DNA of 64,000 bases from the human T2T-CHM13v2.0 reference genome, Homo sapiens. Shown here piece by piece: positions 1 to 15,436 of the stretch. Position numbers and translations under genes: made by a program. Positions within the stretch are counted from its first letter, which is position 1. Every line of letters starts with the position of its first letter. The stretch covers positions 19,680,001 through 19,744,000 of the forward strand of contig CP068257.2 of the NCBI GenBank assembly GCA_009914755.4. Direction: 5' to 3'. The notes below the pieces were generated by a model. The model had not been told where the DNA came from and ran no database searches. It was given only the letters and a program-made list of their open reading frames with translations.

Positions 1-2149
1 TAACTCACGTTTTATTTCTGGAGTTTGATGTTTCCTTTGATTTAATTTCTTTTCTCTTTTAGAAGGCGCCTTGAGCAATTCTTTTGTATCAGGTCTGCTG
101 GTAGAAATTGTAATAGTTTTCCTTTACCTTCATGTCTGAAGGGGATTTTGCTGAACATAGACCTTGCTTTGACAGGTGTGTTCTTTCAGAACTTTATAAA
201 TTTTGTTTCATTTCCTTTTGGCCTTAATGATTTCTGGTCAAAAAATTCAGTCATGTGAATCATTCTTCTCCTATAACTATTGCATATTTTGGTGTTTGTA
301 TATTTTTGGTTTTTAGAAGTTTGATTATGATGTGCCTCAACATGAACTGTTTTGGGTTTTTCTTGGGTTCGATGCTGTTGGCCTATTTGAGAAGTTTTCA
401 GATGTCAGATGCATTGATACATATACATATGTACACGTATATACCTACATTATTTTGTCCTGGTCGTCTTTCTCTTTTCCTTCTTGGATTTCATGACATT
501 TTGGTAGTGTCTAAGAAGTTCCTGAAGTCTATTCACTTTTTCCTTTAATATGTTTCCTTTTGTTTTCAAAATTGGATAACTTCCATTTGTAATTCTTTAT
601 GTTTGATAACTCTCTCTGTCAATCAATTCAGCACATCCATGAATTTTGTTGTTGTTGTTGTTGTTAACATAAGTAGAATGCTAATATTTATTTGGGGTTT
701 TAAAAATATATCGTATGTCTTTGGAGAGACTTTCTATATTTCCATTTATTTCACCTAATTATTTAGAACATGTTTTAAACAGTTGCTTTAAAATAGCTTT
801 TAGATAATCCAACATGTGTCAGCATGCCATTGGCATTTCCAATGACATGATTTTCCTAGTTCTTAACAGGTAAAACAATAGATTATCTTTAGGACTTTGA
901 ATATTACATAATCAGACTCTGGATCTTATTTCAGTATTACGGAAAATGCTCACTTTTTTTGTTGTTTTTGTAGGCAATCAGTTTGTTTAGATCAGACAAC
1001 AAATTCTGACCATCTTTCTTGGTTTTATATTCAGACGCCATTTTCATTACCTTTCAGTGACTGTCAGATCTGTCCTGCATGTGTACCAATGGCCATTCCA
1101 GGACCCATATGGAGGTTTACCTTTTAGTTAAATTCACAAAATCTTAGCAATGTTTAGAATCCGATTCAATAAGCACAGGTCAGGACAGAGCTCAAGATTT
1201 CCTAAAGAACTTGCTGTGGATGCCTTCCTAAGACCTTCCTACTCTATGATCTCTGACATACTTTCCTATTTCTTAGGTCACCACTTTTTAGTCCCCTGGC
1301 CAGAAAGCTGCGATCTTATTTATCTCTCTCTGCCCCAACTATGGCCTTATTCTGGTTCAACTGATGAGATTAATGAGGAGGATAAAAGCAATGGGAGATT
1401 TTGCTCTTAGGACTACAGTTTATCTGATTGAAGAAGAATGTCATCTCTCAGAGAACTGGGTGTTTGCAGCTTTCCTCTGTTGACATTGTCACTGCCAGAT
1501 TTCCTTCCTGCTTCCTGAGTCTGAACTGGAAGGCTTCTCTTTCTTGGACATTTCTAGAGCAGTGTTGATGACAACTTCTGGGTTTTGTGATGCCTTCAAT
1601 CCAGGCCATGGAATTCTGAAAAGAAAATTGTTATCTCACAGTTTGTCTGGTGATATTTTAAATTCTGTTATATTTCTTAATAGCAATATGTCTGCTGCGA
1701 TTTACTTTTAAGAGTCTTCAAATAGATGACATACATATTCTATCCAAATATATTGGTCATATTAAGTGGGGAGATAGGACACTGCAAGATGTCTCGAATT
1801 AATCCAGAACTGGAATTCTGTGATTACTTTTAAACTTGTTGACATATATATGATCAGAGCCTTATTTAAACAATAAGGAATTAATATATATATTAACAAA
1901 GTGATTTTCAGATGCTTACTTTTTTATTGATATTTAATTGATCACTTCAGTGTGACTTTGAACATTTAGCCCACACTTTAGGATTCTTACTGCCTTTTGA
2001 AAGCTGTGTATTTAAAGCCATACTTTTCTTAGTTAATGGGATAAAAAGTAAAAGATTTATAGGGGAGAAAAATGAAAGTAGTTCCAATTATTTCTTTCTG
2101 GCAGTTTATCAAAGGTGGAAATAATGCTGTTCTTACAAAATTTGTTATT

Positions 2150-2259
2150 TTATTTACTTTTTTATTATTATACTTTAAGTTCTAGGGTACATGTGCACAA
2201 CGTGTAGGTTTGTTACATATGTTTACATGTGCCATGTTGGTGTGCTGCACCCATTAACT
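2150..2259 (-). mobile_element. L1 (L1PA-type) 3'-terminal stub, antisense
   Basis: The reverse complement reads gttaatgggtgcagcacaccaacatggcacatgtaaacatatgtaacaaacctacacgttgtgcacatgtaccctagaacttaaagtataataa, the canonical primate L1 3' UTR end. The window has a T-run before it (the poly-A on the minus strand). Confidence 0.85.
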
Positions 2260-2418
2260 TACTTTAAAAACATGCAATAATAACTTGCCAAAATTGAAAC
2301 ACCAGATCATATATTTATTTTTTGTATTATTAAGATGTTACAGTAAAATGACCAGTTTTAAAAACCAAGATGACCCTTTCTCCAACATCTCCATCATCTT
2401 CCAATTTTATCTTTTATT

Positions 2419-2729
2419 CTTTTTTTTTTTTTTTTTTTTGAGACAGAGTCTCACTCTGTTGCCCATGTTGGAGTGCAATGGTGTGATCTCGGCTCACTAC
2501 AACCCTACAACCTCTGCCTCCCAGGTTCAAGTGATTCTCCTGCCTCAGCCTCCCAAGTTGCTGGCATTACAGGTGCCTACCACCACGCTCAGCTAATTTT
2601 TGTACTTTTAGTAGAGACAGGGTTTCACCTTCTTGGCCAGGCTGGTCTCAAACTCCTGACCTCAGGCGATCTGCCTGCCTCAGCCTCCCAAAGTGCTGGG
2701 ATTACAGGCGTTAGCCACCGCGCCCGGCC
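2419..2729 (-). mobile_element. Alu (AluS-like), antisense, full length
   Basis: Starts with a T21 run, then gagacagagtctcactctgttgcccatgttggagtgcaatggtg...ggattacaggcgttagccaccgcgcccggcc. This is the reverse complement of the dimeric Alu consensus. Confidence 0.92.
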
Positions 2730-3436
2730 ATATTTATTCTTGATATATAAATAAAACAAATATAGCCCCTGTATATTGGTCCTTGGACCATTAGCACATA
2801 AACCCCCCGGTGCCAAATTCAAAAATTTACACATCCGACTGTTTTAAATTACCCTGCATAAGCCTATTTTAAACATTTACAATCAGCCTGCTTTGGAAAC
2901 TGCAAAACTGCACCTAACTTCTGCTAGCCATACACAAACTCCAAGGGCAATACAAGACACCAAGCCCACAGCTGCCCTTCTACCTTCTGAGAGAGTCTGA
3001 GAGACGCTGCTGTACTGCTGAGTGACATCACGTGGACACATTATCCCCCTCTCAGATTCTTCACTCTTCCAGGAGTTTCCTTCCCCTTCTCCCACTCTCT
3101 GAGTGGTGACTGGACATGGTGTCTTTAAACAGCCTCCTGCTATCAGGAACTTCCAATGTCAAGCAACTTGTATGAGTAGCACCTAAGTCAAACTCATTAT
3201 GTGTTAATGCCTCCTATCATCATAAGTTTTTCCTTGATGAGTCCTGAAATCTTCACACTTACTTATACTTTCCAACAGATTATTTTCTGCAGAATTTTGC
3301 AAAAATGAGTACTACCAACTCTAAAAATACGTTCTGAAATCTTACACCTTTAGATTACTTTTAAATATACATCATGACTTTTATTATACATTATTTTTCT
3401 TATAAGTTTTATATGATTCTTAAAATTAATTAATTA

Positions 3437-3716
3437 TTTTTTTTTGAGATAGAGTCTTGCTCTGTTGACCAGGCAGTGACACAATCACAGGTCACTACAA
3501 CCTCGACTTCCCAGGCTCAAGCTATCCTCCCATCTCAGCCTCTTAAATAGCTGGGAGTACAGGCACACACCATCCTATCCTGCTAATTTTTTCTATTTTT
3601 TTGTAGCGACAGGCTCTCATTATGTTTCTCAGGCTCATCTCAATCTCCTGGGCTCAGGTGATTCTCCTGCCTCAGCCTCCCAGATCGCTGGGATTACAGG
3701 TGCGAGCCACCAGGCC
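3437..3716 (-). mobile_element. Alu (older, AluJ-like, diverged), antisense
   Basis: tttttttttgagatagagtcttgctctgttgaccaggc...cctcccagatcgctgggattacaggtgcgagccaccaggcc. Many CpG transitions and indels point to an old subfamily. Confidence 0.85.
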
Positions 3717-4877
3717 TTGACTTCTTTTTAAACTTGAATTACCAACTTGTATTCTAGTCCATTTTGTACCCCAGGTGGTCCCAAAACTTTTCTTTAATGT
3801 ATAGGTTGACATAAAACAGGTGAATTCTCAGATCAGTTTCTGCAATCAGTCTTTCCTGATATATTTTAGAACCTGAGAAAGACTTTTGGATAAGGAGATA
3901 ATTGAACTTTTTCTCCATTAGCACAATCCAGTAGCTGACTTTCTCAAAAGAAAATCCATCTGCACACAGATACATGGTTGGAAAAGGGGTGACCCAAGAG
4001 AGTTTCTGAAAGGTGTTTGGGACCTCAAGGTTTCTTGAAATACTCTGAGGGCCTTTCATGTAGAATATTGTTAACTGTAGAATATACGCTGAAAGAATAT
4101 AAAAATTGCCATGTTTAGTGGTGAAATTAACTTTCAAGAATTAAAGGAACATTCAAGCTTGAATTTATTTATTTATATATTTATTGACTTGAGAGATCTT
4201 CCATATTAACTATGGCCTTTTATTTAATTATTATCTCATACTGTGGAAAGACTTCTTTTGACAAAAATAAAGTCACAGTAATGTTTTACCTCCTTTCAAC
4301 TGTAACTTTTCACTTAGATTTTATTTAATAAGCCCTTTAGATTGGTGGTAAAATGTCGTAGACATCTAGTGATGGATTAGCTTTAGTAAATTGTATTAAA
4401 AAATCTATTAACATTTTTATTTTTATGTTTTTTAATTTGTTCATTTATACTTCTCTGATTATAAAAATAATCCAATGTTAGTATAGAAAATTGTATAATG
4501 TCTACTGAGGACATTTCAAAAGAGCTGATTATATTCTTAAATCAACATATTAAATATTCATTTACCACTTTACCTATGAATTTCAATTATGGTTAATTAA
4601 ATATAGAATTTATTATGTAAACAAATGCTGTAATAGATATGTATCTGGTCATATTTGGCCAGGTGACTTATACTTGCCCAATAGTGTATCCACAGGGTTT
4701 GGAATACTGATCAGTTTGAGTAAGAGTGAAGACTTATTTATATATTGACATAAATATGTCTCTTACATGTAATGTCAGCTTGATAAAAGAAACAGAATAC
4801 AGAAGCAGGCGTATTTTTAAAAGAAAGAAAAAATATTGAAATATTAATCAATATTTGCATAAATAAATGCATATGCT

Positions 4878-5028
4878 GGCCAGGCTCTGTGAGACACTCC
4901 TGAGGCAGGAGTACTGCTTGAGCCCAAGAGTTGGAGACTGCAGTGAGAGGCTATGATCACACCACTGCATGTCAGCTTGGGTGACAGAGGGAGACCCTGT
5001 ATCAAAAAGAAAAACAAACAAAAAAAAA
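4878..5028 (+). mobile_element. Alu right-arm fragment (about 150 bp) with an A-rich tail
   Basis: ggccaggctctgtgagacactcctgaggcaggagtactgcttgagcccaagagttggagactgcagtgagaggctatgatcacaccactgcatgtcagcttgggtgacagagggagaccctgtatcaaaaagaaaaac matches the Alu 3' half only. Confidence 0.8.
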
Positions 5029-5248
5029 TGCAAGCACAGTCAGCTCTTCATATTCGTGGTCTTACACTGGTGTTTTCAACCAATTTGGATGGAAAATATT
5101 TTTTAAAATAGCAATAAAATTAACAATACAAAAATGAAAACATACAAATAAAGAACAATATAGTATAACAACTATCTGAGGGAGTTCCTAGAATCAATCC
5201 TCTGTGAATACGAGTTAACAACTGTAATTAATAAAAATAACTAACCAA

Positions 5249-5536
5249 GGCCAGTGCAGTGGCTCACGCCTGTAATCCCAGCACTTTGGGAGGCCAACAC
5301 AGGTGGATCACGAGGTCAAGAGTTTGAGACCAGCCTGGCCAACATGGTGAAACCCCATCTCTACTAAAAACACAAAAATTAGCTGGGCATGATGGCGCGT
5401 GCCTGTAGTCCCAGCTGCTCAGGAGGCTGAGGCAGGAGAATCACTTGAACCCAGGAGGCAGAGGTTGCAGTGAGCTGAGATCATACCACTGCACTCCAGC
5501 CTGTCCGACAGAGTGAGACTCCATAAGAACAAAAAA
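5249..5536 (+). mobile_element. Alu (AluS-like), sense, with target-site duplication AATAACTAACCA
   Basis: ggccagtgcagtggctcacgcctgtaatcccagcactttgggaggcc...cactgcactccagcctgtccgacagagtgagactcc plus an A-rich tail. The 12-bp direct repeat aataactaacca lies at 5237-5248 and again at about 5537-5548. Confidence 0.92.
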
Positions 5537-7034
5537 TAAACAATAATAACTAACCAGGAAAATGAAAAGGTCAATAATTTTAGTTGCCTCTTATTTTTTT
5601 TTTTATTTTTGATCTTGTACATATGATCTACGCAAAAAGCCAATTTAAAAGAAACATAATAATCAGGTTCCTTTGGCAAATAATTAGAAAATGGAGAAAA
5701 GCGTAATTATGAAAATGCAACAAAGCATCAGTTAACAATTTTTCATTGTTTTTGTACTTGCTGTCTAAGGAAGGAAATACTTATTTGATTAAACTGCTGA
5801 TTCCTCTTATATTAACTTTCACTAAGAATGTAATCGTAAATGCCAATGGAACCTTTTTTTGATTTTTCTTAAACCAACTTAATGAGCCAAATTTGATCCT
5901 CACGCTTCTACAGTCTGATGGTACTATATAAAGCCTTTACTGTGTTGTTCAGATAGGTTTGATTTTAGAAGTCAGTACTCAGTACCTTATGGCAGTTAGG
6001 TCACGGCTTTACTATATTCACAAATTAGGAACAACCATGTGGAAAATGCCCAAAATTTGCTATTCGTCAAATATGCATAGAAATGCTCTATTGATTAGAT
6101 TTTGTAACAAGACGGATATACCAAATCAGTTGACACTGAAGATTGAAGACCACTCAGCTACATTTGTTTAAAAAGAATTGTATGTACGTATTTAGTTTAT
6201 AGTAATCAGGAAGATAGACTTTTTTTTTCCAAACGAAATTATAAAATTATTGTTCCTTATGCCCATCATTTTATACTTTGCATTTTTAAATTTTGTATGC
6301 ATTTTGAGTTCCAGAAAAGTATTCTCATTAAATAGCACTTTAAATTGATCACCCTCATAAATTCAGAATGGAGGACTATGACAATTAACCAGAAGCAATA
6401 TTAATGAAAATTGAGAGCTGTTAGATCATATTACAGCATTTGCAGCAGTAGGGAAGAGCAGAACATACAAATTTTTAAAAAAAGAAAACAGATGGATTTC
6501 ATTGATGCCTGATATGACTATATGAAAGTAACAATTTCATGATCAAAATCATGATGAATGCATTCTCCATAATTGAGATGTCTTATTGTATATTGAGAGG
6601 CTATATAATATTAAAATACTAGTCATTCTTTACCTCATATAAGCAATTAAGTATTTGAAAAATTGTCAAAGATGTAAATTGAAAAATGAGGGTACTTCAT
6701 TTGTTATCAAAGGAAGGTTCTTAAAATTAACTGAAAACATGTAATTTCTTACTATCCATGAGTAATAAAAATAGCTTTGCAAATGTGGCTTCCCAGGTGT
6801 TTCACTTTTCTAACTTCATATAATAAAATGCAATGGAAAGAGATGTGTTAATGAAATTATGGGAAGACCCAAAGAAATAAACTAATTTGCTTTTCATGCA
6901 GACTGAGAATATAAATAGAGAATGTTAGAACTATCAAATAACTTTGGTGTTAATCTGCTCTATCTATTCTCTTGGCCAGGAACCAAGATCACTTCTGTGA
7001 CTTTCTAATGGACACACAGCCCTAAATGTAAAAT

Positions 7035-8346
7035 CATTTTTCTGATGATTAGTGATAACGAGCATTTTTTCATATGTTTGCTGGTTGCTTTTATGTTTTC
7101 TTTTGAGAAATGTCTGTTCATGTCATTTTCCCATTTTTAATTGGATTATTATTTTTTTCTTGTTGACTTGTTTAAGTTCCTTATAGATTCCGGATATTCA
7201 ACCTTTATCAGAGGCATAGATTGCAAACATTTTCTCCCATTCTGTAGGCTGTCTGTTCATTCTGTTGATAATTGGTTTTGCTGTGCAAAAGCTGTTTAGT
7301 TTAATTAGGTCCCACTCGTCAATTTTTGTATTTATTGCAATTGCTTTTGAGGACTTAGCCATAAATTCTTTGCCAAAGCCAGTGTCGAGAAGTGTATGTC
7401 CTAAGTTTTTTTTATATATACTTTTTTATAGTTTGAGGCGTTACATTTAACCCTTTAATCCATCTTAAGTTAATCTTTGTGTATGATGAAAGATAGTGGT
7501 CCAGTTGAATTCTTTTGCATATGGCTCGCCATTTATCCCAGCACCACTTACCGAATAAGGAGTCAACATTTTGTTAACTTTGTCAAAGTTCAGATGGATA
7601 TAGGTGTGCAGCTTTCATCCTCAGAGAAATGTAAATCAAAACCACAATGAGATACCATCTCACACCAGTCAGAATGAATATTATTTAAAAAGTCAAAAAA
7701 TAACAGGTGCCGTCAAGACTTCAGAGAAAAAGGAATGCTTATACACTGTTGATGAGAATGTAAATAGTTCAACCATCGTGGAAAGTAATTTTGAGATTTT
7801 GCAAAGAACTTAAGCAGAACTGCCATTTGAGCCAGCAAACCCATTACTGGGTAAATACCAAAAGGAAAATAAATTGTAACAGACACATGCACTCGTACGA
7901 TTATCACAGTGCTATTCACAATAGCAAGGACATGGAGTCAACCTTGGTACCCATCAACGGTGGACTGGATAAATAAAATGCAGTACCTATACACCATGGA
8001 CTACTACACTGCAAAAAACAAACAAACAAACATGAAATCATGTCCTTTGCTGCAACATGGATGCAACTGTAGGCCGTAATCCTAAGCAAATTCACACAGG
8101 AACAGGAACAGAAAACCAAATACTGCATATCCTCACATTGAATGCCCATGGACATAAAGATGGCAGCAACAGACACTGAGGACTACTAGAGAAGGGAAAG
8201 AGGGAGGTGGGATGGTCTGAAAAACTACCTATTGGGTATCATGCTAACTATCTGGATGACAGAACCACCTTTACCCCAAACCTCAGAATCATGCAATATA
8301 CCCAGTTAACAAACCTGTCCATATGTCCCCTGAATCCAAAAAAAGA
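7035..8346 (+). mobile_element. Old primate L1 (L1PB/L1MA-like 3' end) inserted by twin priming. Segment 7035-7611 is the inverted (antisense) ORF2 piece, and 7612-8336 is the sense ORF2 C-terminus plus 3' UTR, followed by a short A-tail at 8338-8350. Putative TSD is AAA(T/C)GTAAAA at 7024-7034 and 8347-8359.
   Basis: Antisense part: 7047-7330 reads as the reverse complement of L1 ORF2 ...caaaattgacaaatgggatctaattaaactaaagagcttctgcacagcaaaag...gctcatcatcactggccatcagagaaatg. Sense part from 7612: tttcatcctcagagaaatgtaaatcaaaaccacaatgagataccatctcacaccagtcagaatg...ccattactgggtaaataccaaaag...ctattgggtatcatgctaactatctggatgacagaaccacc...caaacctgtccatatgtcccctgaatcc. The left end of the inverted piece and the start of the direct piece map to the same L1 coordinate with about 25 bp overlap. 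Confidence 0.8.
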
Positions 8347-10023
8347 AAACGTAAAAAGAAGTAAAGAGAAAAAAAGGGTTGTGAGTCTTAAGATTAGCAG
8401 TCCTCTGCTAGGTGAAAAATCTATGTGTGCATTTATTTGTTGCTTTATATTTAAAACAGAATTGGAATTGAATTACAAATGAGTATACTTCCTGGCTGTG
8501 CTTGAGTGGAGTTAGTTTTCCTTGGCTCAAATAAATTTGAAGGAATTAGTGGGTGCCGGTTAATCTGAACCAAACAAGCTGTGACATGAATAGGCATTTC
8601 ATGGTTGGTATCATCTTTATCTTCTGAGAAATATCTGAGGGTTGAGGAAAGACTTGGAAGACTCAGAAAACATATGAAATTGCTGCATGCCGTTATTCAT
8701 AAAAGGTAAATCAGTCTGTCAAATTAGTGGTATATCTGTTGCCTAAGCAACCGGTCAGGAGAATTATAACTTGAAGGTAGTCCACCACGTCCATGTTAGT
8801 GGGAGTTAATAGAACTACTTCACTATACATCCCCATGTTCCTTCCAGCTAAAGAAAAAATAGAAACTTTCCAGGAAACGTTGACTACTCAACACATACAG
8901 AATACAAATCCATGAAAGAATTCATTTCATTGTAATTCTCTAAGGAATGAAAAACCTTTACTGTAATAAAAAGAGTAATACTGCTCTTGCAACTAATGTA
9001 TAAATAATGATAGGTAAAACATGCATTTTGTTTAAAATGTTATTTCCCATAATTACAGAGGAAGAAAAACAGGGTACAGATAGTCAAATGACAATGTACT
9101 TAAAATTCAGAGTTAATATCTGAAAAAGTTCTATCTTTTGTAATACTAGTAATTATTATGTTACTTTAGAGACAACATGTCAGATTATGTTTCTTGTATC
9201 TAAATTCATAAAGGCAGAAACTTGATTTATTGTGTTTAATTACTAAGTTACATACCAGTTCTTATCTCTACCATCAATGGAGGTAATGTGGCATCAACGC
9301 TGACCTGAATGCTATTATAGAGATATTTGAGTATAATCACACTTGTAAATGCCTGTCTGGTATTGTTTAGTATATGTAAAAAATATTAATATACTTAATT
9401 TTAGGAATATTACTTTATGATATTCAGCTTAAAATTATAAAAGTGTGCATTGAGTCACAATTTATCCTCTACTTTGAAATTTAGCTTCTATTGTGGATGC
9501 TAGTGATTTGTTTATTGCAAACAGTGCATTTCAGTAACAGTTTCAACATGTTCCAAATGTGCAGCATATACAGTTTTTGCAATGTAATTAGTTAGAAATT
9601 GGAGATGCTTAATTTTAAAATTGAACAGTTCATGAAAATCTATTTCCATTCTCTGTATGGCTTATGCAGTTTCTCTTCATAAAATGTTCTATAGCTGCTT
9701 GAAGAAATTAAGTGTAGTTAATCAGAAAGAACATTATGTTTTGACACCTAATTTGAAAGCCCTGTTTTGAAGCAGTGATATATTGCTTATGGCATTACAC
9801 AGACCAATGAGAAGCCAAATAGGAAATCCACTTATGCTCAAAGTAGATCTCCATATTGATGTAAGTTAGGGTGGTATTGTCTTTTTCTGAGACATAATTC
9901 CTAAAAGTATATATGTTTGCTAAAATATGTACTTTATTGTTTAACAGATTTAGTAGTGAAATAGCTTTACAATGAATTGATATAATTATTGCACATTAGA
10001 ACACAGATCATTGATGGACATTT

Positions 10024-10100
10024 GGACATATGTAACAAACCTGTACGTTGTGCACATGTACCCTAGAACTTAAAGTATAATAAAAATAAAATAAAAAAGA
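10024..10100 (+). mobile_element. L1PA-type 3'-terminal stub (about 75 bp plus A-rich tail), 170 bp upstream of the NCAM2 exon acceptor
   Basis: ggacatatgtaacaaacctgtacgttgtgcacatgtaccctagaacttaaagtataataaaaataaaataaaaaa. Confidence 0.85.
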
Positions 10101-10270
10101 ACGCAGATCAGTGATAAAGTTATTTTACTGTGAAACCAAATCAGTTTCATTAATATAAATGGAGATGTGAAGGATGACATTTGAAAGCTTAAAATGTAGC
10201 AAAAATTCTCTAAATGATGGTAGTGAAGGTGTTTTCGTCTCTATTTATTCTGTATTCATCTCTCCTTCAG

Positions 10271-10388
10271 TGCCGCCAGCAATCTCAATGCCTCAGAAAT
10301 CTTTTAATGCCACAGCAGAGAGAGGAGAAGAAATGACATTTTCCTGCAGGGCCTCAGGCTCTCCAGAACCCGCCATCTCCTGGTTCAG
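10271..10388 (+). CDS. NCAM2: NCAM2 internal coding exon (N-terminal half of Ig-like domain 3); 118 nt, enters in codon phase 1, ends after 2 nt of an Arg codon
   Basis: Acceptor: pyrimidine tract tctatttattctgtattcatctctccttcAG|tg with AG at 10269-10270. Donor: ttcAG|GTAGGT with GT at 10389-10390. In-frame translation (V)[38 protein letters not shown](R) has the Ig-fold Cys...Trp core. It joins the next exon in frame (AG+G = Arg). The protein is recognised as NCAM2, a paralog of NCAM1 Ig3 by homology and recalled sequence. The ATG at 10174 in the ORF track is intronic, not a start codon. Confidence 0.85.
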
Positions 10389-12889
10389 GTAGGTTATGCA
10401 CCCCGCTCCCTCTGGCTTGTGTCCATTATCAGGCTTATGGAACAGTATTGGGATCTTAATCATTTTGGTAAAAAGCAAACCATTGCATTTTAGTTTCATT
10501 AAAAAAAAATCCTGGTGCTATCTTTGGGGCTTACGGTGGTTAGATTAAACTGCTAAAGAGATCAACAGTGTGACCCCGCTCTAATATTCTGAGTCAAAGG
10601 CTGTACCCATTATACTTATTCTGTCTGTAAAAGCAGACTTTTGGAAAAATGGGACCAGGAGCACCTGTGACTTATTCAAACATTTTATTATCATTACAAT
10701 TTATCTTGAAATTGATATTCTAGTGTTATTGACACCACTGTCATATGTATACAATATCATATTTTATTAGAATATAATTGTGTATATTTGTATTATACAC
10801 AAAATGTTGTATTATAGAAAAAACTGATTTATAGCATTAAAATTCAATGAATTTAATGTGTAATTTTTAAAAATTACCTCATCAAATGAGGAAATTCTGT
10901 ATTCTAAATCTATAATTTGATAGTTTATTTTTTTAGAATTTTAAAATACTATTTGATTTTTATTAAGTTCAAGAATATTTTTAAAATATTCCATTCTTTT
11001 AGATTGTGTCTCAAACTACGAAATTGGAGACGATGAACTTTAAAACTGGACCATCTTGTAGATATGCATTAGTAATGCAGGTTGCTACAGAAGCATTAGC
11101 TACAAGTATTTACAGAATCATTTCATAAACCATATAGTGAAAAATTATTTAAAAAGATTAGTAAAATATACATCAGAAGTGCAAAAGTGTCCCTACTAAG
11201 TATTAGGTTGTTGTTTTAAAAGTTCTTTGAAGGACAACAATTGAAATCCCAAACTAACTTTTATTCTTTTTTGCTTGAGCATGTACTGATATTACCTTCA
11301 ACTTTCAACCATTTGTTTCTACTGCTTATCATTTTAATATAGGATGTAACAATAAATGAGATGTTTCTTCAAATATTGTGTGTTTAGATGTTCTTTTCAG
11401 ACACTAATTTTCTTGGGACAAACTGTTGGTATTTTTTAGTAGGATTACACCTTGAATATTAACATACCCACCCCAGATAATCATCGTCTGTCTCAGTGAC
11501 TGCTGATTTACTAATGTGGATCCTTAAAAGTCCATATCAGACCTAATTGTATCACAGAAAAGCTACTGAATCATTCATTCCAATGAAAAAATACTGTTCT
11601 ACAATCTTTTTTCCTATGGTTTTGTATTTCCACAGAGATTTCTTTTTTCTTATTTGAACAGCATTTATTTAACAGATAAAGAAAGTAAAGCACAAAAATA
11701 ATATGAGCAGGAAATTGAGCAACAAACATGAGCTTGAGATACTCATGTTCCACTTTGTATGTAGTGGGAAAAACATCTTAAACTTCAAGCTTATGCCGAT
11801 CTTAGCTAATGTAATTGATGATTCCACAAACCAATAGTGGGAATAGTAGCTGGTAGGAAAGTACAGGTGAATAAGCCTTGTTTTGAAATAATTTTCCAGT
11901 CATTTATTAAGGAATGCTATAAAATGTAAACTGTTCTGTGTAAAGGGGCTAGAAGTCTTCCTGCATTCAAGAGGAAGAAAGGAACATGTATCTTTATCCT
12001 GTGAATTCATCCTGACGTGCACTTCATCATTTCTGAGGCAGAAATACATGGAAACTGGGTGTGTGATTGTTACAGTGTTAGAACATATGTCCTTGAAAAA
12101 TATGACACCAGGTTTAAGAAGAAAATCTCCTTTACTTCTGAGATTACTTGATCACAATGATTCCAAGTTTGATAGTAATTTCAGATTCCCCACCTATTTA
12201 TGTTGATGTTAAGTTATGCAGATTCCTCATTAGTCCCATCTTTAGGATAATATTAGAACACTTACCATCAAGTCAGAATAGTAATTGTGAGACTAGATGC
12301 TTTTAGTTTGGTCAGTTTAGTTGTCTGCAGCACAACCCTTTCAAATAACAGCTTACCAATTACTTCTCACCAGAATACCAAGATCCTCCAGCAGCTGGGA
12401 AGTGTTAGCTGGCTTGGTTTTTCAGAGAGACTTCTTTTCTGCAGAGATTTTTTTTTCTTAAAGTTTTACATTCCTTCAAAACTGTTTTCTTATATTTAAT
12501 TAGAAATAGTATTATATAGACTAGTATAAATCAGATTCAAAGAATAATATAATGAGTAATTTAAATTTATATTTTTTCTTCTCCATATCTTCATATGGTA
12601 TTAGTTTCATCCTTTGGATAGAATGAAATAACAATTTATTGAAAACCTAAATAATTGTTCTAGTCTCTGGATATAAAATATATACTGGGAGGATGAGAAT
12701 GTGTGGTTGTAACATTAACGAAGGTAAAATTTGTGTTAGAGGGAAATTCTGACCTTGTATCTGTACATATAGACATGTCATGTTTGTGGAAAAGAAAAAA
12801 TTCCTGAAAGTATCAGGAAATGTAGGGTAGCATCCCGAGAGAAATGTCCAGACTGTTTCATAGAGATAATATTTCCAAGCGAGATAAGT

Positions 12890-13700
<811 letters not shown>

Positions 13701-13966
13701 ATTTAGTTCATAACATCAATAAGATAATTAAAGACCATAATAGGGGAATTATAAAACATGTTCACAAAGAGAATCAAAAGCACTTAGTGACATGTAAATC
13801 CAAGAGGGAGTAAAAGCAGTGACTCTAAAGGTTCCCCCCTTCATTTTCGTTCAAACGGTACTTCTATATTGAGAATACAATATGGATTTTTATTGTTAGC
13901 CCATTAATTTCATAAATTTAATTTATTTTAAAATGTTCCATTTAAACCCCACTTAATCATGATACA

Positions 13967-15428
<1,462 letters not shown>

Positions 15429-15436
15429 CATTATCC

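Noticed and set aside
10174-10392. ORF-track ORF starting with ATG at 10174 ([32 protein letters not shown]...)
   Set aside because: Only the 3' part (10271-10388) is a real internal NCAM2 exon. A strong acceptor lies at 10270, and the upstream 'MTFESL...' part is intron read in frame. The true initiator lies far upstream of this window.
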